This document shows positions 24,623-32,000 of a DNA stretch of 32,000 nt, piece after piece. Position 1 is the first letter of the stretch. Every line of letters starts with the position of its first letter. The notes below the pieces were generated by a model. The model did not search any database and was not told the DNA's origin. It saw only the letters and a list, made by a program, of their open reading frames with translations. Source of the DNA: Endobacterium cereale (lineage in GTDB: Bacteria > Pseudomonadota > Alphaproteobacteria > Rhizobiales > Rhizobiaceae); assembly GCF_009617585.1 (NCBI RefSeq), contig NZ_WIXI01000038.1, positions 70,162 through 102,161 on the forward strand, given 5' to 3'. The translations under genes were made by a program, and so were the position numbers.

Positions 24623-25752
24623 CTCAGATATCGTCTCTGACTTCTGGCAATCGTCGGCTTGCTTGCAGAGACTGCCTCCTCATGGGTATCAGGTAACGGC
24701 GGATCGCTTGATACAGTTGCTGTAGCGGCCTCAAGTGCATAAATTATAGCGTTCTTTTTACCAGGCGCGTCGAGAAGCATTCCAAGTTCTGTCGCAGTTG
24801 TGAAATCAACGGACTCTTGTGGAACGCTGTCCAATTGAAGACTGCTTACACGTCGTTCGAGGCAGTAATTATCGCCACACAGGTAGATGGTGTCTCCTAC
24901 GGCGAACCGACCGAGCATCAAACCTATAGCGACACTCCCATTTTTCATGCTTTCGGACACCTTACCCCTTTCCGTGGCATGTTTGTAAGGCTTCAGCGTG
25001 AACAGACCAGCTAGCTGCACTCGTTCCGCCAGCGCCTCACATACTGCGCTGATAAAGTCACAGAACTCCAGATGGACGTTCAAATGAAGCAAGTCGCTTA
25101 TGTCGATCGTACCGTGGGCAGCGTCATTACGGAATTTGATCAGTTCGGCCATCTGACTTTCAGCCGTACCGGTTAGCCTGTCACCGGCAGCGAAAAACTC
25201 TTTGACTCTCCGATGGTTCTCGATCCACGATTGAACACCTTCGATACCGCAAGCATTCATAAATCGATTCAACTCAGGCAACCGCAAGTTTTGCTCCTGC
25301 ATGAGCATTGCTTTTGGTTCCAGTGAGTATTCAAGTCCTCCGAGAGCGCTGTTGTATGTGCCGATCAACTGCGAAAGATCGATGTCCGCGAAGCGCGCCC
25401 TATCCTTTTTGTCGAGTATTTTCGCGAGACCCTGCCTGTAGGAGGACTTAATTGCATCGGGTAGATCCATGAAAGGCATCCTCCCCTGCAACAGGCTTAA
25501 ATGCTCGCGTATCATTTCGTGCGCAAATTGCTCGTAGATAGCATAAATTCGCGTCACTGCTGCACAGTGATCTATTATCCTCCACTCTACGCTGGAAGGG
25601 GCATCAGCTGGAGCGATTACTTGAATGCTAGCGCCATTCGGCTTCTTCGGTGTCTCGTCGAGAACAAGCGTTCGAAGGTTGTCGGATGTCCGAATGTGCT
25701 TCGCAAGCGCGCCAATCGCCTCGTGCGTCCGGCTGAGGTAAGCGTTGTACAT
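24601..25752 (-). CDS. HEPN-motif protein (MAE_28990/MAE_18760-like HEPN nuclease candidate) with an unassigned C-terminal domain
   Basis: 383-aa ORF. An R-x4-H motif in LIKFRNDAAHG (R208...H213, nt 25114-25131) follows a predicted helical region. It starts 2 nt after the DUF262 stop, and its 3' end overlaps the vsr start by 22 nt. Confidence 0.6.
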   Translation of the reverse strand: MYNAYLSRTHEAIGALAKHIRTSDNLRTLVLDETPKKPNGASIQVIAPADAPSSVEWRIIDHCAAVTRIYAIYEQFAHEMIREHLSLLQGRMPFMDLPDAIKSSYRQGLAKILDKKDRARFADIDLSQLIGTYNSALGGLEYSLEPKAMLMQEQNLRLPELNRFMNACGIEGVQSWIENHRRVKEFFAAGDRLTGTAESQMAELIKFRNDAAHGTIDISDLLHLNVHLEFCDFISAVCEALAERVQLAGLFTLKPYKHATERGKVSESMKNGSVAIGLMLGRFAVGDTIYLCGDNYCLERRVSSLQLDSVPQESVDFTTATELGMLLDAPGKKNAIIYALEAATATVSSDPPLPDTHEEAVSASKPTIARSQRRYLRWQTNYR

Positions 25753-25754
25753 GC

Positions 25755-26939
25755 TTAGGCCAATATATCGCGCAGCATCGCCCGATAAAGGTCAATTCTG
25801 TCCTTTAAATCCTGCTTCGTGTTAGCGCGTCCGGTAAAAGCGCCATCTGGATGCCTTATGAAAAGGCGCTTTGTAGCCTTGAGAACGTCAGACTTACGTT
25901 CAACAAGTTGAGATCCGTAGCGCAAAACTTCTGACAGACCGATCATAACGGCATCTTGGAACGCGCGATGAGGTTTGGTATCCCACGCTTCACGCTCAGG
26001 AGAATACGGCCTGAAAATGCGTTGACCGTAAATGTCTAATGCAAGGCTAAGCGTCTTTTCGTAGAGCTCGGAAAGCTGCGCCACATCGCCACGAGAAAAC
26101 TTAGCCGCGCGCCTCATGTAGAGATCAAGAAACCCCTGCATTCCGTTACGATAGTGGTCCGCGTGCCGAAGCGCAAAGAACCTGAGAACTACCTCTGCGT
26201 CGCCCATTTTTGCGAAGAACGGATCAGAGACGAGTGTGGTATTTGCTTCAATTTCATTTTCGACCCAACGCGGCAAGCCCCACACGCTGCGGAACTCATC
26301 GGTACGAGTTATTTGATGGATCATATCGTTGAATTCGCCGCGATAAAGTGCGTTTCTGATTTCCTGCCTCTCCAGCTTGATCCCGCCGGTATTGAGACGA
26401 TCGAAAACAGTCTCGCGAAGAAGCGAGGCTTCCTCCTCGCTCCCAGTTGATTCCTTGAGTAGGACAATCGAAGTTATTGAGCGCCGGTCAATGCCTGCGC
26501 GAATCTTGTCAGGTAGGGTGCTATAATAGCGACCGTTAAGCTCGGGCCATGTTTCTAAGCCGCGGAGCTTTAAGGTATTGGCGTAAAAGTCACGAAGAGC
26601 GGTAATCCGCTGTTGACCATCCATTACCTCGTAAGAGTTGAAGTCACGTTCATAGAGAAATACTGGAGGAACCGGTATGTTCATCACAAACGATTCAATC
26701 AGCAAACTCTGCGTCCGGACGTCCCACCGCGGACGCCGTTGATAAAACGGGCGAAGATCCATGTAATCAGGATCCTTCAACTGATTAACAAACCCCGGCA
26801 GTTTCTCTCGGTTGGATTCGATTACGATGCGCCCTTCACCTCTGACGTAACGCTCGTTGATTGCCCTATCATCAGGGCGCTCGGAACGCTCAGCTGCGTC
26901 GTCCGTCCACATGGTTTGTTCATCTGGTGAAAAGGGCAT
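25755..26939 (-). CDS. DUF262 (ParB-like NTPase/nuclease, GmrS-type) domain protein lacking a DUF1524 nuclease domain
   Basis: 394-aa ORF with YEVMDGQQRITALRDFY (DGQQR at nt 26607-26621) and FDRLNTGGIKLERQEIRNA, both DUF262 signatures. I saw no H-x..H/HNH-like DUF1524 motif in the C-terminal half. RBS aaaggaa is present. Confidence 0.8.
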   Translation of the reverse strand: MPFSPDEQTMWTDDAAERSERPDDRAINERYVRGEGRIVIESNREKLPGFVNQLKDPDYMDLRPFYQRRPRWDVRTQSLLIESFVMNIPVPPVFLYERDFNSYEVMDGQQRITALRDFYANTLKLRGLETWPELNGRYYSTLPDKIRAGIDRRSITSIVLLKESTGSEEEASLLRETVFDRLNTGGIKLERQEIRNALYRGEFNDMIHQITRTDEFRSVWGLPRWVENEIEANTTLVSDPFFAKMGDAEVVLRFFALRHADHYRNGMQGFLDLYMRRAAKFSRGDVAQLSELYEKTLSLALDIYGQRIFRPYSPEREAWDTKPHRAFQDAVMIGLSEVLRYGSQLVERKSDVLKATKRLFIRHPDGAFTGRANTKQDLKDRIDLYRAMLRDILA

Positions 26940-27217
26940 TAGTTATTCCTTTTAGAGATCAGCGCTTCATGTATCACTGACCAGAACAAGATGTGCACAA
27001 ATGCGTCCGTGTCTGCAAGCACGCGCCCCCAACAAGCGGTCGCTAACTCCACGACCGCAGTTATCAAGACAAAATTACCGACTATAGCGACTTGAGGAAC
27101 AACCAGCGCGTAGTGAATTCATCACCAACCAGCCCGCATAACAATTGTGGGTAGGCTTGATGGTAACGCTTGCTCGAAACAATAAATATAAACTATTTCA
27201 GCATCTTGCAGCGGTAA

Positions 27218-27232
27218 ATGGCGGAGAGGGTG
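27218..27232. repeat. 15-bp direct repeat ATGGCGGAGAGGGTG (tRNA-proximal att site)
   Basis: Identical to 16634-16648. It covers 1 nt past the tRNA end, the CCA, the discriminator, the 3' acceptor strand and 3 nt of the T stem. Confidence 0.8.
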
Positions 27233-27308
27233 GGATTCGAACCCACGATACGGTTGCCCGTATGCCGCATTTCGAGTGCGGTGCTTTCGACCACTCAGCC
27301 ACCTCTCC
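27219..27308 (-). tRNA. tRNA-Ser (anticodon CGA), CCA encoded
   Basis: The reverse complement folds by hand. Acceptor GGAGAGG/CCTCTCC; anticodon stem CCGCA/TGCGG with loop CTCGAAA; long variable arm ATACGG-gcaa-CCGTAT; T arm GTGGG-TTCGAAT-CCCAC; discriminator G plus CCA. Total length 90 nt. Confidence 0.9.
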
Positions 27309-27407
27309 GCTTGAGCATGATGACGCGTTGGTCAGCGCGACGCGGTTCATAGCGATGAAAATCCGGACTGGCAAGAGGCCAAAAGAAACTCTTTGTAGAT
27401 AGTCACC

Positions 27408-27436
27408 TTGACAGTTTTTTGACTCTCACGTATTCC
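27408..27436 (+). promoter_or_regulatory. candidate sigma70-type promoter for rplU-rpmA (TTGACA-N17-TATTCC)
   Basis: cTTGACAgttttttgactctcacgTATTCC lies about 180 nt upstream of rplU. Motif match only. Confidence 0.35.
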
Positions 27437-27617
27437 CGCACGCAATTAGGCGTGGAAAGCTTTCCTCGCCTCTTTGTTTGTGTGGATTTGGCCTTAACGC
27501 TGCCTCACAGATTTCACCGGCGGGCCCTTTGAGCAATCTCAGAAGTCTGCCATTCCGACTGACAAAAAGACGGCCGCCTTTCGGGGAAGAGCCGGAACGA
27601 ACATGAAAGGATAAATA

Positions 27618-27929
27618 ATGTTCGCAGTCATCAAGACCGGCGGTAAGCAGTACCGCGTGGCCGCCAACGACGTGCTCACCATCGAAAAGCTGGAAGCCGA
27701 AGCTGGTGCAGTTGTAGAATTCAACGAAATCCTGGTCGTCGGCGTTGGCGCCGATGCCAAGTTCGGTGCGCCTTTCGTAGCCGGCGCCATCGTCAAGGCT
27801 GAAGTCGTTGAACATAACCGTGGCAAGAAGGTTCTGTCCTTCAAGAAGCGTCGCCGTCAGAATTCCAAGCGTATTCGCGGTCATCGCCAGCATCACACGG
27901 TTGTTCGTATCACCGACATCGTCGCTTAA
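27618..27929 (+). CDS. rplU: 50S ribosomal protein L21
   Basis: [25 protein letters not shown]... is the canonical L21 N-terminus. RBS aaagga is present. Confidence 0.95.
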   Translation: MFAVIKTGGKQYRVAANDVLTIEKLEAEAGAVVEFNEILVVGVGADAKFGAPFVAGAIVKAEVVEHNRGKKVLSFKKRRRQNSKRIRGHRQHHTVVRITDIVA

Positions 27930-27960
27930 TCGGGTTTCGTAGGTTTAAAGGAGAACTCCC

Positions 27961-28230
27961 ATGGCACATAAAAAAGCTGGCGGTTCATCGCGTAACGGTC
28001 GCGATTCTAACTCCAAGCGCCTTGGCGTGAAGAAGTTCGGTGGCGAAGTCGTCATCGCAGGCAACATTATCGTGCGCCAGCGCGGTACGCAGTGGCATCC
28101 GGGCGCCAATGTCGGCCTCGGCAAGGACCACACCATTTTTGCGCTTACCGCCGGCAACGTGAACTACCGTACGAAGGCTAACGGCCGCGTATACGTGTCC
28201 GTGATGCCGAAAGCCGAAGCCGCAGAATAA
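27961..28230 (+). CDS. rpmA: 50S ribosomal protein L27
   Basis: [28 protein letters not shown]... is the canonical L27 sequence. RBS aaggaga is present. Confidence 0.95.
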   Translation: MAHKKAGGSSRNGRDSNSKRLGVKKFGGEVVIAGNIIVRQRGTQWHPGANVGLGKDHTIFALTAGNVNYRTKANGRVYVSVMPKAEAAE

Positions 28231-28294
28231 AGCCGGCAAGCGTTAGCAACCGGCGTCTCATCGACCCGGTTGAATGTTAAAGGTTCAGTCAAAG

Positions 28295-28335
28295 AAAAGG
28301 GGAGATGGGGCACCACCCACCTCCCCTTTTTCTTT
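28295..28335 (+). terminator. rho-independent terminator after rpmA
   Basis: aaaaGGGGAG-(16-nt loop)-CTCCCCtttttcttt: a GC stem followed by a T tract. Confidence 0.6.
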
Positions 28336-28357
28336 ACCCTCACGAAGGAGACTGAAC

Positions 28358-28990
28358 ATGCAAGGCGAATTGTTGAGGAGCAGCCAATCAAGGCTGCCCG
28401 AAGAGCGGCCAAGGCCCGACCGGCTGAGAAGCAGTTGCCCCGTCTTATTGTCGCAAAGGCTCGTTCTGCGCGCGCCTCACGAAGAAGACATCGACGCACT
28501 TGCCCATCTCGCCAACAATGCGAATATTGCGACCATGGTCGCCCGCATGCCGCACCCCTACACGGCCAAAGACGCCGCGGACTTTGTGCGACGTACGAAA
28601 GATGGCGTGATTGGCAAATGCGTCTATGCCATTACCCACGCCGATAACGGCAAGTTCCTTGGCTGCTGCGCGCTCGAACCGCAGGAAGACCCCGCCACGC
28701 TGGAAATCGGCTACTGGCTGGGAGAACCCTATTGGAACCAAGGGATTGCCACCGAAGCGGCACATGCATTGATCGACATGGCTTTCCGAACCCGCGACAT
28801 CGACCAGATCGATGCGCGTTGCCGAGTGACCAACATCCCTTCACGTCGCGTCATCCAGAAATGCGGTTTTCAGTTCCAGGGATCCGGCATGGTCGGTTCG
28901 CTGGCGCTCGGCGGCATGGTACCGGTTGAATGGTATAGGCTCGACCGCAAGACCTGGATGTCGCTCAGAAGCTGGGGAGAAATGCGATGA
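28358..28990 (+). CDS. GNAT-family N-acetyltransferase (RimJ/RimL-like)
   Basis: RLVLRAPHEEDIDALAHLANN...YWLGEPYWNQGIATEAAHALIDMAF...N..SRRVIQKCGF. I prefer the ATG at 28358, preceded by GAAGGAG; the ORF-track start at 28274 lies inside the terminator. Confidence 0.8.
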   Translation: MQGELLRSSQSRLPEERPRPDRLRSSCPVLLSQRLVLRAPHEEDIDALAHLANNANIATMVARMPHPYTAKDAADFVRRTKDGVIGKCVYAITHADNGKFLGCCALEPQEDPATLEIGYWLGEPYWNQGIATEAAHALIDMAFRTRDIDQIDARCRVTNIPSRRVIQKCGFQFQGSGMVGSLALGGMVPVEWYRLDRKTWMSLRSWGEMR

Positions 28991-29571
28991 TCGCTTCGCC
29001 CAGCGAAAAGCAGACCGTGCGTACCGACATGGGCCCTTGCCCGGTTGTCCGCACGCCGCGCCTCCTGTTGCGGCCTCACACGCTGGAAGATGCCGGCGCA
29101 ATTGCCGCCTCGCTTGCCGATTTTTCCGTGTCGCGCATGCTGGCGCGCGTGCCCGCACCTTTCCATCGGCAGGATGCCGTGGACTGGCTGAAAAGCCAGG
29201 CGAACAGCAAGCTGCCCGACTGGAACTTTGCCATCTGCGATACCGATGGGAGCCATATCGGCGCCGTCAGCATCGAACTCAGGCATGGCCAATGGCATCT
29301 TGGTTACTGGCTGAACCGCAGTGCCTGGAACAGGGGCCTGATGACCGAGGCCGCGGGTGCTGCGCTGAAAGCGTTTTTTGAACGCACGCCGGAATCGGCG
29401 ATACATTCCGGCATGTTTTCCGACAATCCGGGATCGCTTCGTGTCCAGCAGAAGCTCGGCTTTGCGATTACCGGGTGCCGCGATATGTTTTCCGTCGCGC
29501 GCAATACGATGGTCATGCATATCGACACGATCATCACAGCGCAGGATTTTGTCCTGACCGTCAGAAAATGA
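28987..29571 (+). CDS. GNAT-family N-acetyltransferase (paralogue of the preceding gene)
   Basis: RLLLRPHTLEDAGAIAASL...YWLNRSAWNRGLMTEAAGAALKAFF...N.GSLRVQQKLGF. ATGA overlap with the upstream GNAT gene. Confidence 0.8.
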   Translation: MIASPSEKQTVRTDMGPCPVVRTPRLLLRPHTLEDAGAIAASLADFSVSRMLARVPAPFHRQDAVDWLKSQANSKLPDWNFAICDTDGSHIGAVSIELRHGQWHLGYWLNRSAWNRGLMTEAAGAALKAFFERTPESAIHSGMFSDNPGSLRVQQKLGFAITGCRDMFSVARNTMVMHIDTIITAQDFVLTVRK

Positions 29572-29575
29572 CATG

Positions 29576-29597
29576 CCGGGGCGGGAAACCGCCCCGG
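29576..29597. terminator. perfect 9-bp GC hairpin (CCGGGGCGG-gaaa-CCGCCCCGG) between convergent genes
   Basis: Located in the 31-nt gap between the GNAT stop and the EEP stop. On the minus strand the hairpin is followed by cattttc. Confidence 0.5.
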
Positions 29598-29602
29598 ACG
29601 CC

Positions 29603-30463
29603 TCAATCGATTTCGAGCCAGACGGGAAAATGGTCCGATCCCTTGGCGTCCATATCGACAAACACATCCTGAACACGGGGAAACAGCTGGTGATTGATAA
29701 AACAGTAATCGAGATGCGCCTTCTGCGGTCCTTCCGGCGGCTCGATCCAGCTGTAACAATCGGGCGCCAGGCGACCGAAACGCGCCAGTACGTCAACCGG
29801 CTGGTTGGCACGAAGGGAGCGTCCGTAAAAATGGTCGGCATGTCCGACCATGGCAATGTATTCCGGCGTTTCGGGCTCCATGTTGAAATCGCCCATCACC
29901 ACAAAGTCCTGCGGCAGCGGCAGTTCGGGAAATTTTCTGGATGCGGCCCCCGTCAGCGAACCTCCTTCCGCCACGAAGTTCAGCACACGCTCCTTGAGGA
30001 ACGCGATCTGGGCAATGCGTTCATCGGGCGAAACATGATCGAGATGCACCGAGTAGGCGCGGATGGCACCACCCGGCCCATCGATGACGGCCTCGACGGC
30101 GCTGCGCTGCAGGTTGAGTTGCTCACTACTGTGCGTGCGCGGCAACAACAGATGGCGCGTCGCGAGGATGGGCCAGCGCGACAGGATCATGTTACCGAAC
30201 TGAAAACGTCTTTCCCTTCGCCGGCCGTTTTCGACCACGAAATCAAAGAGGACGTCGCAACCGGCACCGTAAGACATGAAGAAATCGGGAAACAGGTCCT
30301 GCAGGGCGGCAACCATGTCGACGTGATCGTTTTCCGGCGAGTTGCGCGTGACCTCCTGCAGGGCGATCACATCGGCCCCGGCAAGGCTTGTCGCGATGCG
30401 TTGAAGGTCGAAACGACCGTCCAGACCAAAACCATACTGGATGTTATAGCTGACGAACTTCAT
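29603..30463 (-). CDS. endonuclease/exonuclease/phosphatase (EEP) family protein
   Basis: MKFVSYNIQYGFGLDGRFDLQRIA...ADVIALQEV...GDFN...SDHFPVW are EEP fold motifs. Confidence 0.8.
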   Translation of the reverse strand: MKFVSYNIQYGFGLDGRFDLQRIATSLAGADVIALQEVTRNSPENDHVDMVAALQDLFPDFFMSYGAGCDVLFDFVVENGRRRERRFQFGNMILSRWPILATRHLLLPRTHSSEQLNLQRSAVEAVIDGPGGAIRAYSVHLDHVSPDERIAQIAFLKERVLNFVAEGGSLTGAASRKFPELPLPQDFVVMGDFNMEPETPEYIAMVGHADHFYGRSLRANQPVDVLARFGRLAPDCYSWIEPPEGPQKAHLDYCFINHQLFPRVQDVFVDMDAKGSDHFPVWLEID

Positions 30464-30475
30464 GATATTCTTTGA

Positions 30476-32000
<1,525 letters not shown>

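Larger units (their letters stand above)
16634..27232. mobile_element. ~10.6 kb tRNA-Ser(CGA)-integrated genomic island with a P4-like backbone and restriction/defence cargo
   Basis: Bounded by perfect 15-bp direct repeats, one of which forms the 3' end of an intact tRNA. It encodes a tyrosine integrase, AlpA, Prim-Pol and DUF3987. In my spot counts, 60-nt lines in the cargo were 40-50% GC, against about 60% in a flank line. Confidence 0.85.

Noticed and set aside
27426-27896. 156-aa minus-strand ORF
   Set aside because: Antisense to rplU and its leader, with no motif.
28870-30475. 328-aa minus-strand ORF (28870-29856) and 300-aa plus-strand ORF (29573-30475)
   Set aside because: Antisense shadows of the GNAT genes and the EEP gene respectively. 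Both are Arg-rich and low-complexity.

Overview
The window reads as a Rhizobiaceae-type (Agrobacterium/Rhizobium-like) chromosomal segment. This is inferred from roughly 60% GC in spot counts, the gene content, and the rplU-rpmA-GNAT-GNAT-obg-proB arrangement. It contains ordinary housekeeping and metabolic genes interrupted by one accessory island.

Left flank: a partial adhE, rluA-rsmJ, the beta-ketoadipate module pcaR/pcaIJF, a MerR-family regulator, a Zn/Cd-type P1B ATPase with a textbook MerR-type promoter, and a six-gene operon on the minus strand (binding protein, two permeases, ATPase, GDPD-family phosphodiesterase, IMPase-family phosphatase).

Positions 16634-27232 are a ~10.6 kb island integrated into the 3' end of tRNA-Ser(CGA). 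It is bounded by a perfect 15-bp direct repeat. Its backbone is P4-like: tyrosine integrase, AlpA, Prim-Pol primase and a DUF3987 protein. Its AT-richer cargo is two convergent modules:
- a Type II-like m5C methyltransferase plus an HNH endonuclease;
- a tightly coupled DUF262 -> HEPN-motif protein -> Vsr operon.

The DUF262/HEPN pair is my best candidate for an undescribed defence system. It has a ParB-like NTPase/nuclease domain without its usual fused DUF1524 nuclease, followed 2 nt later by a protein with an R-x4-H HEPN motif.

Right flank: rplU, rpmA, two tandem GNAT acetyltransferases, an EEP-family hydrolase, obg and a partial proB. I saw no CRISPR array, rRNA or transposase. All family assignments come from motif recognition by eye; no database search was possible.
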